From the NCBI GenBank assembly GCA_964016885.1, contig OZ024742.1:2294001-2358000 (forward strand): DNA of 64,000 nt. The letters are read 5' to 3'. This document shows, in pieces, positions 37,308 to 55,000 of the stretch. The notes beneath the pieces were generated by a model. It saw only the letters and a program-made list of their open reading frames with translations. It ran no database searches and was not told the origin of the DNA. Position 1 is the first letter of the stretch. Every line of letters begins with the position of its first letter. The stretch comes from Eledone cirrhosa. Taxonomy: Eukaryota. A program made the translations under genes and the position numbers.

Positions 37308-38732
37308 TAAATTATCGAGAATCATATTTCGGCCTATGAAATAACGAAAAACAACCTCCGAGATGTGTGGCAAGTGCTCAATTATTCAGATGAACCAGAG
37401 CTACAACATACGGGGTCAAACAAATAAAAATATATGTGATTGAAAATTTACCCGGACCCCTGGAGGGTTGTTAAAATCCAGCATTTGGGTTTCTGCGACT
37501 CCTAAATCAAGTACTGTCCGCTTACATAAATAATGTTAGGCTCTGGTATATATATATAAATCCAACGAATTGATAATAAGCTAACAGTCATTAAAACACT
37601 ATAACATTAATATTTGCGTGTGTATTTGTTTGCGTGTCGGTATATGGTCTTGTGTCTGTGCTTGTGCGTGTTCGTTTGTCTTTGAATACGTCTATGTGTG
37701 TATATATTCGCGTGTCTGTCTGTATAACTGTATATATATATATATAAATACATTTAATACAATAACAGAGATAGTTTAAAGCTAAACTCTGACTGGTAAC
37801 CATCTCACTCAACAAACATTAGGTTATATTAAAATATAAACCCAATTTAAGTGTTTGGGGTGCTAACAATATGTATAATGTGGAAAAACGAGTTGTATTA
37901 TTTTATGAGATATAATTAAAGTTAAAGTATATCTCTCTTTCCAAACAATTGTTTCATTATAAGTTTTCTACAAGTTTGGGAGAATGTTTCCAGTTTATGT
38001 AGAAGCCTAATATATATTCTTGTAAGAATATATTTAGGTGGGCACTTATAAATCATCAGTGGAAGCCCATTAAACATTGATATAAGAAAACAATTTCTTA
38101 CCGCTGTCAAAAATCATGTCCGTAAATTTGCTCCCTCTCACCTCGAATGACCGCCAAATTTGAAATTCCAGCAGTTTTTGACTGAGGAAGTATCATAGCG
38201 ACACGAAGCGGGAAGGGGAGACAACCCACGAAATGAGGAAAAAAAATAATATACACGTGGGTTAATTAGTTTTTTTGAAAACATTATCAATCCAACGTGT
38301 TTAAGAACTCAATTGAAAATAAAAAAATAAATATATGCTTGTATAAATTACACACGCATATAGATATTTTCTTAGGCTAAATCAGAAGTTGTACCCGAAT
38401 AAGAACCGCTTCTCATAACCGCAGTAAATGCAGAAAGTTATGCTATAAAGGGCAAATGGGAATATAATTCTCCGGCCGAATTATTAAGAGTAAAATATAA
38501 AACACACGCGGGTTAATTAGTTATTTCAAAACCAATATTAATTCCTCGTGTAAAGAACTCAATTAATAAAAGAAAATAAATACATATATGCATGTAATTA
38601 TATACGTAGGCATATATATATATTTTCCTAGGCTAAAAAACAGAGAAGTTACAACCAAAAAAAGCCACATGAAGTAATTCCGTCGGAAAAGTCCAGGAAA
38701 AAAGAGTACTCTATGTAGGTAACAGAGCTTAA

Positions 38733-40052
38733 TAGTTATGTAATAAACAACATAAGGCAATTATTCCATTTACCAGTGGTTTCTTAAAAGCAAAAAAAAT
38801 TTCTTTCAATCATCAGAATGAAAAAATCCTGGTCTGTTTATTGAATTTGGATTTTAAAAACAAAAATGCAATCTATATGAAAGTGAGGCGGGAGAAGGAA
38901 GAAGGAAAGGAAAAATAAAATAAAAACACACATGCAAACACACACACACACACACACAAAAGCATACATGCACACGCATATATATATATATATATATATA
39001 CATACACTCATACATACGCACACACATATACACATATATATGTGTATATAAATACACACATACACATACATATACACATACATACGCACATAAATATCAA
39101 CACATCCATACATACACATACATATATACAACCACACACACATATATACACACATATATATATAGAAACATAAATATATATATATATATGCAAAAGCTTT
39201 ATTTAAGATTTTTGGGTTACAACGAGTAAATATTTTATAACTGATATAAAAGCACTCAACAGTTTCTGGAGTAGGTTTACGATATTAAACAAATGGAAAC
39301 TATATTTATAAAACCATATTTATTTCGTTATATATATTTCTGGGATATCATATTAAAAATATGGTATGCCTTCCTCAGACAAAATACAATACATAAGCTG
39401 TTTTATAAATAATTAGTGACATACCTTGTAATAATGCAACTTCCTTTTAAAAAGTTGATTTGGTAGTGAAACTGTTATGACAGTTATATAGAAAGAAAAA
39501 CGAAGATGAGAAGAAGAAGATGAAGAGATGTATGTAAATAAAAAAAAGAAAAAAAAAGAAGATGAAGAGATGTATGTAAAGAAAAACAACGGAGCGAGAT
39601 AGAGAGACAAGGAGAGAGAGAAATACATTGATGGTGAAAAACATAGTAGGCTGCTTTTAGGCATATGATCATCGTATATGTGAGAGGTTAAGGGAAGGGA
39701 TACAGTTAAACTAGTGTATAGGAGAAAAAGAAAGAAAGATGATATATTTAAAATATATTAAAAATATATTATGTCTCATCCATTTGAATTATCAATTTTT
39801 ATGAATTAGGTATTATAATGTAAATATCAATATTCATGAATGAGACACATATCCATAATGTGTGAAAAAATGACCACATGCTCAGTTTAAAAATTCTTAG
39901 GTCTATAAGCAAAATCTGAGATAAAACTTCAAACATAAGTATATATGCACTCTCGTGAAAAAAAGAGAAAAGAGAAGGTTATCTCAAATTCAAGTTGATA
40001 AATATAGACGCACATGTGAACCTACGTGATACGCTGCACCGATTCTTATATT

Positions 40053-40122
<70 letters not shown>

Positions 40123-40339
40123 AAAACTCAATCTTAGATAATTCATAAGAACCTTATATAACTCCAAAATATACATATACATATATATAGTAATGTAATA
40201 AACAACATAAGGCAATTATTCCATTCACCAGTGGTTTCTTAAAAGCAACAAAATTTTGCCTTCAATCATCAGAATGGAAAAAACCTGGTCTATCTACATA
40301 TATATATATATATATATACACATATATATATATATATAT

Positions 40340-40381
<42 letters not shown>

Positions 40382-40552
40382 GTTTCTATATATATATGTG
40401 TGTATATATGTGTGTGTGGTTGTATATAGGTATGTGTATGTATGGATGTGTTGATATTTATGTGCGTATGTATGTATGTGTATATGTATGTGTATGTGTG
40501 TATTTATATACACATATATGTGTATATGTGCGTGTGTATGTATGAGTGTATG

Positions 40553-40583
<31 letters not shown>

Positions 40584-40716
40584 ATGTATGCTTTTGTGTG
40601 TGTGTGTGTGTGTTTGCATGTGTGTTTTTATTTTATTTTTCCTTTCCTTCTTCTTTCTCCAGCCTCACTTTCATATAGATTGCATTTTTGTTTTTAAAAT
40701 CCAAATTCAATAAACA
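38733..40716. repeat. Local duplication with direct and inverted parts
   Basis: 38733-38834 is repeated directly at 40189-40291; 38835-39190 is repeated inverted at ~40360-40716. Confidence 0.85.
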
Positions 40717-40717
40717 C

Positions 40718-40753
<36 letters not shown>

Positions 40754-41491
40754 AGTATGTATGTGTAGTATGTATGTGTATATATGTGTGTCTGTCTGTA
40801 TAAGTGTACATATATGTGTAGTATGTATGTATATGTGTGTGTCTGTCTGTGTATGTGTGTGTCTGTCTGTGTATGTGTGTGAGTGTGTCTGTCTTATTTT
40901 GGTTCCTCCCAGTATTCTTACGACATCCGTTCTAAGACTTGTTTTGTACGAAGACTTCCTGTGAACTTCAATGGCGATGTTTTATTGGCCGTTTAATTGT
41001 TATCCCTGCTACTTAGGTTCGCAAGCCATCATTTAACAGATATTTACAGTCTGGCCACGGGTCAGAGATCAGTTGTTTCCGTTGTAACCAATTAAATGTT
41101 GATAATTAGAATTATATAATGATGGGGATGGTATTGATGGTATTGATGGTAATAACGATGATAATGGTTTGGTGGATAGTGATGGTGGGGGTGGATGTGG
41201 TGGTGATGGGGTTGGTGTTGGTGATGGTGATGGCGTTGGGGTTGGGGTTGGTGGTGGTGATGGCGTTCGGGTTGGTGGTGTTGATGATGTGATGGTGCTG
41301 GTTGTGGTGGTGGTGGTGTATGTTGTGGTAATGGTGGTGGTGTATGTTGTGGTAGTGGTGGTGCTGGTGTATGTTGTGGTAGTGGTGGTGCTGGTTGTGG
41401 TGCTGGTTGTGGTGGTGGTGGTGGTGTATACTGGGGTGGTGGTGGTGGTGTATGTTGTAGTGTGATGTTCGTTTTACAAATGAATAAAATA

Positions 41492-41585
41492 ATTGTTCCT
41501 ACTTTTGGCACAAGGCCAGCAAATCACCCAGTGTATTACTGGTACTTTATTTTATCGACCCCGTAAGGATGAAAGGCAAAGTTAA
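41492..41585 (-). mobile_element. SINE S1 3' fragment
   Basis: Homology to 181-270. Confidence 0.85.
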
Positions 41586-41889
41586 AAATAATGAAGACGA
41601 GGAGGAGGTGGGAAGAAAAAGGGAGAAAAGGAAGACGTGAAGAAGAGAAAGAAGAAGACGGGATGAGGGAGTAAAGAGGAAGATGGGATGAGAGAGTGAA
41701 GTGGAAGTCAAGGTGAGAGAGTGAAGAGGTTATATAGTAGGGTCAAGTGTGGTCAGTGTTTGCGTTGTTATCTCGAGAGGGAAGTATGAATGGCCTTTCG
41801 TGTGAAGAACTTGGATATGAATGGACAAAAATAACAAACCTATTGTCTTCTCTGTAGTGTACGCACACACACACACGTGTGTGTGTGTA

Positions 41890-41975
41890 TATAAATATTC
41901 ATTTTATTAAGGTTAAATAGTGGGTCTTCTTACTCTGGAGTTTTGTCTGTTTACTACAGGGTCATCAGACGTCAA
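41890..41975 (-). mobile_element. Family D PLE-like end with a degenerate hammerhead
   Basis: Minus strand CTGATGA-CCCTGT-AGTAA-ACAG-..AAAC-TCCAGAG-TA. Relatives at 14588-14645, 17280-17382 and 29612-29725, two of which are fold-backs. Confidence 0.6.
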
Positions 41976-41985
41976 TCACATACCG

Positions 41986-42055
<70 letters not shown>

Positions 42056-42080
42056 CAGACTGCTACTACTACTACTACTA

Positions 42081-42148
<68 letters not shown>

Positions 42149-43009
42149 CTTTGGATTGGTATATAGTAGAGAATGGTGGATTGGTATATAGTAGAGAGAA
42201 AATGGAGCTTGATTAAAGTAGTTAATGTGTTAAAGAGAGGAAGGAATAAATAAATATCGAGTACAATATATTCTACCATTCACTAGAGTACAATAGCCTC
42301 TACCATTCACTAGAGTACAATGGATTCTACCATTCACTAGAGAACAACGGATGAACCAAACAGAATGACGCAGAAACTAAACTGTGTATATATGTAAATA
42401 TGATGCAATTCTTACAAATAAATTATCTTGATGATGTGCTCAGTTGTCAGTGTAGGTCACGTGGTATGGGCTTCACTGATAGCATCATGATGTTCTTCGT
42501 AGGTGTGAACTGAGAAGAGGATGTGGTTCCATTTTCAGCTGTGTTCACTGTTTCTAGAAAGTAGTGGACCAGTTGGGAGCTAGATACGAGAGAAACTAGC
42601 CAAAATATTAGAGTAGTTGATGAGTCGATCTGTGGCTATCCAGACAGACAATCTACTTGGCTGAGATTAACGACGTCACGCCAGGAGAGCTTTTATGTGC
42701 TAGAAATAACAGCCACGTTCCCATAAATCCTACCTTCCAGTTTGTAGATTCACTCATTAAAAACAGGATGGTCACAGCTGAGACGCGTTTCATCATAGGT
42801 CCCTTAGATCAGAGCAGACTTGCCCAAACGAATAGAACCCACTCCCCCCCCCCCCCCCCCCCAACCACATCCACCACTATCACCCCTCCAGAACCACCAT
42901 CACCAATACTCTCCACCACCACTACCACCACTACCACCCCAATCGGAAAACATAACTACCGTCGCATCAACCACCCCTATTATTGGAACCACCACCAACA
43001 CTACAGCTA

Positions 43010-46000
43010 ACACCACCACCCCGCCAACACCACAACTACCACCACCATCAACACCACAACTACCACCACCGTCAACACCACAACTACCACCACCCCGCCA
43101 ACACCACAACTACCACCACCATCAACACCACAACTACCACCACCGTCAACACCACAACTACCACCACCATCAACACCAGAACTACCACCACCATCAACAC
43201 CACAACTACCACCACCATCAACACCACAACTACCACCACCGTCAACACCACAACTACCACCACCCCGCCAACACCACAACTACCACCACCATCAACACCA
43301 CAACTACCACCACCGTCAACACCACAACTACCACCACCATCAACACCACAACTACCACCACCGTCAACACCACAACTACCACCACCATCAACACCAAAAC
43401 TACCACCACCATCAACACCACAACTACCACAACCATCAACACCACAACTACCACCACCATCAACACCACCAGCACCATCAACACCACAACTACCACCACC
43501 ATCAACACCTCAACTACCACCACCATCAACACCACCACCACCATCAACACCACAACTACCGCCACCATTAACACCACAACTACCACCACCATCAACACCA
43601 CAACTAACACCACCATCAACACCACAACTACCACCACCACAACTACCACCACCATCAACACCACAACTACCACCCACACCACAACTACCACCACCAACAA
43701 CACCACAACTACCACCACCATCAACACCACCACCACCATCAACACCACAACTACCACCACCATTAACACCACAACTACCACAACCATCAACACCACAACT
43801 ACCACCACCACAACTACCACCACCATCAACACCACAACTACAACCACCACCTACACCACAACTACCACCACCATCAACAACACAGCTACCACCAACTTCA
43901 ACACCACAACTACCACCACCATCACCACCACAACTACCACCGCCCCCAACACCACAACTACCACCACAATCAACACCACCACCACCATCAACACGACAAC
44001 TACCACCATCAACACCACACCTACCACCAACATCAACACCACAACTACCACCACCATCAGCACCACAACTACCACCGCCACCAACACCACAACTACCACC
44101 ACCATCAACACAACCACCACCATCAACACCACAACTACCACCACCATCAACACCACCACAACCATCAACACCACAACTACCACCACCATCAACACCACAA
44201 CTACCACCACCACAACTACCACCAACATCAACACCACAACTACCACCACCACCTACACCACAACTACCACCAACATCAACACCACAACTACCACCAACAT
44301 CAACACCACAACTACAACCACCATCAACACCACCAGCACCACCAACACCACAACTACCACCACCATCAACACCACAACCGCCATCAACACCACAACTACA
44401 ACCACCATCAACACCACCAGCACCATCAACACCACAACTACCACCACCATCAACACCACAACTACCACCACCATCAACACCACAACTACCACCACCATCA
44501 ACACCACAACTACCACCACCATCAACACCACAACTACCACCACCATCAACACCACAACTACCACCGCCACCAACACCACAACTACCAGCACCATCAACAC
44601 CACCACCGCCATCAACACGACAACTACTACCATCAACAACACAACTACCACCACCATCAACACCACAACTACCACCACCATCAACACCACAACTACCACC
44701 ACCATCAATACCACAACTACCACTGCCACCAACACCACAACTACCACCACCATCAACACCACAACCACCATCAACACCACAACTACCACCACCATCAACA
44801 CCACCACAACCATCAACACCACAACTACCACCACCATCAACACAACAACTACCACCACCATCAATAACACCACCACCATCAACACCACAACTACCACCAC
44901 CATCAACACCACAACTACCACCACCATCAACACCACCACCACCATCAACACCACAACTACCACCACCATTAACACCACAACTACCACCACCATCAACACC
45001 ACAACTACCACCACCATCAATACCACAACTATCCACCGCCACCAACACCACAACTACCACCACCATCAACACCACAACTACCACCACCATCAACACCACC
45101 AGCACCATCAACACCACAACTACCACCACCATCAACACCTCAACTACCACCACCATCAACACCACCACCACCATCAACACCACAACTACCGCCACCATTA
45201 ACACCACAACTACCACCACCATCAACACCACAACTAACACCACCATCAACACCACAACTACCACCACCACAACTACCACCACCATCAACACCACAACTAC
45301 CACCCACACCACAACTACCACCACCAACAACACCACAACTACCACCACCATCAACACCACCACCACCACCAACACCACAACTACTACCACCATCAATACC
45401 ACAACTACCACCGCCACCAACACCACAACTACTACCACCATCAATACCACAACTACCACCGCCACCAACACCATAACTCCTACCACCATCAATACCACAA
45501 CTACCACCGCCACCATCACCACAACTACTACCACCATCAATACCACAACTACCACCGCCACCAACACCACAACTACTACCACCATCAATACCACAACTAC
45601 CACCGCCACCAACACCACAACTACTACCACCATCAATACCACAACTACCACCGCCACCAACACCACAACTACTACCACCATCAATACCACAACTACCACC
45701 ACCATCAATACCACAACTACCACCGCCACCAACACCACAACTACTACCACCATCAATACCACAACTACCACCACCGTCAACACCACAACTACCAACACCA
45801 TGAACACCACCACCACCATCAACACCACCACCAACACCACAACTACCACCACCCTCAAAGCACCAGCACCATCAACACCACAACTACCTACACCATCAAC
45901 ACCACAACTACTACCACCATCAACACCACCACCACCATCAACACCACCACCATCATCAACAACACAACTACCACCACCATCAACACCACAATTACCAACA

Positions 46001-49000
46001 CCATCAACACCACCGCCACCATCAACACCACCACCAACACCACAACTACCACCACCCTCAAACCACCACCACCATCAACACCACAACTACCTACACCACC
46101 AACACAACAACTACCACTACCATTAACACCACAACTACCACCACCATCAACACCACAACTACCACCACCATCAACACCACAACTACCACCACCGTCAACA
46201 CCACAACTACCACCACCATCAACACCACCGCCACCAGCAACACCACAACTACCACCACCATCAACACCACAACTACCACCACCATCAACACCACAACCAC
46301 CATAAACACCACAACTACCACCACCATCGACACCACAACTACCACCACCATCAACACCACAACTACCACCACCATCAACACCACCACCACCATCAACACC
46401 ACAACTACCACCACCATCAACACCACAACTACCACCACCATCAACACCACCACCACCATCAACACCACAACTACCACCACCATCAGCACCACAACTACCA
46501 CCACCATCAACACCACCACCACCACCACCACCACCATCAAACTACCACCACCAACAACACCACAACTATCACCACCATCAACACCACCACCACCATCAAC
46601 CCCACAACTACCACCACCATCAACACCACAACTACCACCACCATCAACACCACCACCACCATCAACACCACAACTACCACCACCATCAACACCACAACTA
46701 CCACCACCATCAACACCACCACCACCATCAACACCACAACTACCACCACCATCAACACCACAACTCCCACCACCATCAACACCACAACCACCATCAACAC
46801 CACAACTACCACCACCATCAACACCACAACTACCACCACCATCAACACCACAACTACCTACACCATCAACACCACAACTACCACCACCATCAACACCACC
46901 ACCACCATCAAGACCACCACTATCAACACCACAACTACAACCACCATCATCAACACCACAACTACCACCGCCACCAACACCACAACTACCACCACCATCA
47001 AACCACCACCACCATCAACACCACAACTACCACCACCAACAACACCACAACTATCACCACCATCAACACCACCACCACCATCAACACCACAACTACCACC
47101 ACCAACAACACCATAACTATCACCACCATCAACACCACCACCACCATCAACACCACCACCACCATCAACCCCACAACTACCACCACCATCAACACCACAA
47201 CTCCCACCACCATCAACACCACAACCACCATCAACACCACCACCATCAACACCACAACTACCACCACCAACACCACAACTACCACCACCATCAACACCAC
47301 AACTACCACCACCATCAACACCACAACTACCACCCCCATCAACACCTCCACCACCATCAACACCACAATACCACCACCATCAACACCACCACCACCACCA
47401 CCATCAAACCACCACAACCATCAACACCACAACTACCACCACCATCAACACCACAACTACCACGACCATCACCACCACCACCATCAAGACCACAACTACC
47501 ACCACCATCAACAACACCACCACCATCAACACCACAACTACCACCACCATCAACACCACAACTACCACCACCATCAACACCACAACTACCACCACCACAA
47601 CTACCACCACCATCAATACCACAACTACCACCGCCATCAACACCACAACTACCACCACCATCAATACCACAACTACCACAGCCACCAACACCACAACTAC
47701 CACCGCCATCTACACCACAACTACCACCACCATCAATACCACAACTACCAACGCCACCAACACCACAACTACCACCGCCACCAACACCACAACTACCACC
47801 ACCATCAATACCACAACTACCACCGCCATCAACACCACAACTACCACCACCATCAATACCACAACTACCACCGCCACCAACACCACAACTACTACCACCA
47901 TCAATACCACAACTACCACCGCCACCAACACCACAACTACTACCACCATCAATACCACAACTACCACCGCCACCAACACCACAACTACTACCACCATCAA
48001 TACCACAACTACCACCGCCACCAACACCACAACTACTACCACCATCAATACCACAACTACCACCGCCATCAATACCACAACTACCACCGCCACCAACACC
48101 ACAACTACCACCACCATCAAACCACCACCACCATCAACACCACAACTACCACCACCAACAACACCACAACTATCACCACCATCAACACCACCACCACCAT
48201 CAACACCACAACTACCACCACCAACAACACCACAACTATCACCACCATCAACACCACCACCACCATCAACAACACCACCACCATCAACCCCACAACTACT
48301 ACCACCATCAATACCACAACTACCACCACCGTCAACACCACAACTACCAACACCATCAACACCACAACTACCTACACCATCAACACCACAACTACCTACA
48401 CCATCAACACCACAACTACTACCACCATCAACACCACCACCACCATCAACACCACCACCATCATCAACAACACAACTACCACCACCATCAACACCACAAT
48501 TACCAACACCATCAACACCACCACCACCATCAACACCACCACCAACACCACAACTACCACCACCCTCAAACCACCACCACCATCAACACCACAACTACCT
48601 ACACCACCAACACCACAACTACCACTACCATTAACACCACAACTACCACCACCATCAACACCACAACTACCACCACCATCAACACCACAACTACCACCAC
48701 CGTCAACACCACAACTACCACCACCATCAACACCACCGCCACCAGCAACACCACAACTACCACCACCATCAACACCACAACTACCACCACCACCATCAAC
48801 ACCACCACCACCATAAACACCACAACTACCACCACCATCGACACCACAACTACCACCACCATCAACACCACAACTACCACCACCATCAACACCACCACCA
48901 CCATCAACACCACAACTACCACCACCATCAACACCACAACTACCACCACCATCAACACCACCACCACCATCAACACCACAACTACCACCACCATCAGCAC

Positions 49001-52000
49001 CACAACTACCACCACCATCAACACCACCACCACCACCACCACCACCATCAAACTACCACCACCAACAACACCACAACTATCACCACCATCAACACCACCA
49101 CCACCATCAACCCCACAACTACCACCACCGTCAACACCACAACTACCACCACCATCAACACCACCACCACCATCAACACCACAACTACCACCACCATTAA
49201 CACCACAACTACCACCACCATCAACACCACCACCACCATCAACACCACAACTACCACCACCATCAACACCAGAACTCCCACCACCATCAACACCACAACC
49301 ACTATCAACACCACAACTACCACCACCATCAACACCACAACTACCACCACCATCAACACCACAACTACCACCACCATCAACACCACCACCACCATCAAGA
49401 ACACCACTATCAACACCACAACTACCACCACCATCATCAACACCACAACTACCACCGCCACCAACACCACAACTACCACCACCATCAAACCACCACCACC
49501 ACCATCAACACCACAACTACCACCACCAACAACACCACAACTATCACCACCATCAACACCACCACCACCATCAACACCACCACCACCATCAACCCCACAA
49601 CTACCACCACCATCAACACCACAACTCCCACCACCATCAACACCACAACCACCATCAACACCACCACCATCAACACCACAACTACCACCACCAACACCAC
49701 AACTACCACCACCATCAACACCACAACTACCACCACCATCAACACCACAACTACCACCCCCATCAACACCTCCACCACCATCAACACCACAACTACCACC
49801 ACCATCAACACCACCACCACCACCACCATCAAACCACCACCACCATCAACACCACAACTACCACCCCCATCAACACCACAACTACCACCACCAACACCAC
49901 AACTACCACCACCATCAACACCACAACTACCACCACCATCAACACCACAACTACCACCCCCATCAACACCACCACCACCATCAACACCACAACTACCACC
50001 CCCATCAACACCACAACTACCACCACCAACACCACAACTACCACCACCATCAACACCACAACTACCACCACCATCAACACCACAACTACCACCACCATCA
50101 ACACCACAACTACCACCACCATCAACACCACCACCACCACCACCATCAAACCACCACCACCATCAACACCACAACTACCACCACCATCAACACCACAACT
50201 ACCACCACCATCAACACCACCACCACCATCAACACCACAACTACCACCACCACAACTACCACCGCCATCAATACCACAACTACCACCGCCATCAACACCA
50301 CAACTACCACCACCATCAATACCACAACTACCACCGCCACCAACACCACAACTACCACCGCCACCAACACCACAACTACCACCACCATCAATACCACAAC
50401 TACCACCGCCATCAACACCACAACTACCACCACCATCAATACCACAACTACCACCGCCACCAACACCACAACTACTACCACCATCAATACCACAACTACC
50501 ACCGCCACCAACACCACAACTACTACCACCATCAATACCACAACTACCACCGCCACCAACACCACAACTACCACCGCCATCAACACCACAACTACCTACA
50601 CCATCAACACCACAACTACCACCACCATCAACACCACCACCACCATCAAGACCACCACTATCAACACCACAACTACAACCACCATCATCAACACCACAAC
50701 TACCACCGCCACCAACACCACAACTACCACCACCATCAAACCACCACCACCATCAACACCACAACTACCACCACCAACAACACCACAACTATCACCACCA
50801 TCAACACCACCACCACCATCAACACCACAACTACCACCACCAACAACACCATAACTATCACCACCATCAACACCACCACCAACACCACCACCACCATCAA
50901 CCCCACAACTACCACCACCATCAACACCACAACTCCCACCACCATCAACACCACAACCACCATCAACACCACCACCATCAACACCACAACTACCACCACC
51001 AACACCACAACTACCACCACCATCAACACCACAACTACCACCACCATCAACACCATAACTACCACCCCCATCAACACCTCCACCACCATCAACACCACAA
51101 CTACCACCACCATCAACACCACCACCACCACCATCAAACCACCACCACCATCAACACCACAACTACCACCACCATCAACACCACAACTACCACCACCATC
51201 AACACCACAACTACCACCACCATCAACACCACCACCACCATCAACACCACAACTACCACCACCATCACCACCACCACCATCAAGACCACAACTACCACCA
51301 CTATCAACAACACCACCACCATCAACACCACAACTACCACCACCATCAACACCACAACTACCACCACCATCAACACCACAACTACCACCACCACAACTAC
51401 CACCACCATCAATACCACAACTACCCCCGCCATCAACACCACAACTACAACCACCATCAATACCACAACTACCACAGCCACCAACACCACAACTACCACC
51501 GCCATCTACACCACAACTACCACCACCATCAATACCACAACTACCAACGCCACCAACACCACAACTACCACCGCCACCAACACCACAACTACCACCACCA
51601 TCAATACCACAACTACCACCGCCATCAACACCACAACTACCACCACCATCAATACCACAACTACCACCGCCACCAACACCACAACTACTACCACCATCAA
51701 TACCACAACTACCACCGCCACCAACACCACAACTACTACCACCATCAATACCACAACTACCACCGCCACCAACACCACAACTACTACCACCATCAATACC
51801 ACAACTACCACCGCCACCAACACCACAACTACTACCACCATCAATACCACAACTACCACCGCCACCAACACCACAACTACCACCACCATCAAACCACCAC
51901 CACCATCAACACCACAACTACCACCACCAACAACACCACAACTATCACCACCATCAACACCACCACCACCATCAACACCACAACTACCACCACCAACAAC

Positions 52001-55000
52001 ACCACAACTATCACCACCATCAACACCACCACCACCATCAACAACACCACCACCATCAACCCCACAACTACTACCACCATCAATACCACAACTACCACCA
52101 CCGTCAACACCACAACTACCAACACCATCAACACCACAACTACCTACACCATCAACACCACAACTACCTGCACCATCAACACCACAACTACTACCACCAT
52201 CAACACCACCGCCACCATCAACACCACCACCATCATCAACAACACAACTACCACCACCATCAACACCACAATTACCAACACCATCAACACCACCACCACC
52301 ATCAACACCACCACCAACACCACAACTACCACCACCCTCAAACCACCACCACCATCAACACCACAACTACCTACACCACCAACACCACAACTACCACTAC
52401 CATTAACACCACAACTACCACCACCATCAACACCACAACTACCACCACCATCAACACCACAACTACCACCACCGTCAACACCACAACTACCACCACCATC
52501 AACACCACCGCCACCAGCAACACCACGACTACCACCACCATCAACACCACAACTACCACCACCACCATCAACACCACCACCACCATAAACACCACAACTA
52601 CCACCACCATCGACACCACAACTACCACCACCATCAACACCACAACTACCACCACCATCAACACCACCACCACCATCAACACCACAACTACCACCACCAT
52701 CAACACCACAACTACCACCACCATCAACACCACCACCACCATCAACACCACAACTACCACCACCATCAGCACCACAACTACCACCACCATCAACACCACC
52801 ACCACCACCACCACCACCATCAAACTACCACCACCAACAACACCACAACTATCACCACCATCAACACCACCACCACCATCAACCCCACAACTACCACCAC
52901 CGTCAACACCACAACTACCACCACCATCAACACCACCACCACCATCAACACCACAACTACCACCACCATTAACACCACAACTACCACCACCATCAACACC
53001 ACCACCACCATCAACACCACAACTACCACCACCATCAACACCACAACTCCCACCACCATCAACACCACAACCACTATCAACACCACAACTACCACCACCA
53101 TCAACACCACAACTACCTACACCATCAACACCACAACTACCACCACCATCAACACCACTACCACCATCAAGAACACCACTATCAACACCACAACTACCAC
53201 CACCATCATCAACACCACAACTACCACCGCCACCAACACCACAACTACCACCACCATCAAACCACCACCACCACCATCAACACCACAACTACCACCACCA
53301 ACAACACCACAACTATCACCACCATCAACACCACCACCACCATCAACACCACCACCACCATCAACCCCACAACTACCACCACCATCAACACCACAACTCC
53401 CACCACCATCAACACCACAACCACCATCAACACCACCACCATCAACACCACAACTACCACCACCAACACCACAACTACCACCACCATCAACACCACAACT
53501 ACCACCACCATCAACACCACAACTACCACCCCCATCAACACCTCCACCACCATCAACACCACAACTACCACCACCATCAACACCACCACCACCACCACCA
53601 TCAAACCACCACCACCATCAACACCACAACTACCACCCCCATCAACACCACAACTACCACCACCAACACCACAACTACCACCACCATCAACACCACAACT
53701 ACCACCACCATCAACACCACAACTACCACCCCCATCAACACCACCACCACCATCAACACCACAACTACCACCCCCATCAACACCACAACTACCACCACCA
53801 ACACCACAACTACCACCACCATCAACACCACAACTACCACCACCATCAACACCACAACTACCACCACCATCAACACCACAACTACCACCACCATCAACAC
53901 CACCACCACCACCACCATCAAACCACCACCACCATCAACACCACAACTACCACCACCATCAACACCACAACTACCACCACCATCAACACCACCACCACCA
54001 TCAACACCACAACTACCACCACCACAACTACCACCGCCATCAATACCACAACTACCACCGCCATCAACACCACAACTACCACCACCATCAATACCACAAC
54101 TACCACCGCCACCAACACCACAACTACCACCGCCACCAACACCACAACTACCACCACCATCAATACCACAACTACCACCGCCATCAACACCACAACTACC
54201 ACCACCATCAATACCACAACTACCACCGCCACCAACACCACAACTACTACCACCATCAATACCACAACTACCACCGCCACCAACACCACAACTACTACCA
54301 CCATCAATACCACAACTACCACCGCCACCAACACCACAACTACCACCGCCATCAACACCACAACTACCACCGCCACCAACACCACAACTACCACCGCCAT
54401 CAACACCACAACTACCACCGCCATCAACACCACAACTACCACCGCCACCAACACCACAACTACCACCGCCATCAATACCACAACTACCACCACCATCAAC
54501 ACCACAACTACCACCACCATCAATACCACAACTACCACCGCCATCAACACCACAACTACCACCACCATCAATACCACAACTACCACCGCCACCAACACCA
54601 CAACTACTACCACCATCAATACCACAACTACCACCGCCACCAACACCACAACTACTACCACCATCAATACCACAACTACCACCGCCACCAACACCACAAC
54701 TACTACCGCCATCAATACCACAACTACCACCGCCACCAACACCACAACTACTACCACCATCAATACAACAACTACCACCGCCATCAACACCACAACTAAC
54801 ACCGCCATCAACACCACAACTACCACCACCATCAATACCACAACTACCACCGCCACCAACACCACAACTACTACCACCATCAATACCACAACTACCACCA
54901 CCGTCAACACCACAACTACCAACACCATCAACACCACAACTACCTACACCATCAACACCACAACTACCTACACCATCAACACCACAACTACTACCACCAT

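Noticed and set aside
42270-42345. Three ~27-bp repeats TCTACCATTCACTAGAG
   Set aside because: Ordinary short tandem duplication with no further signal.
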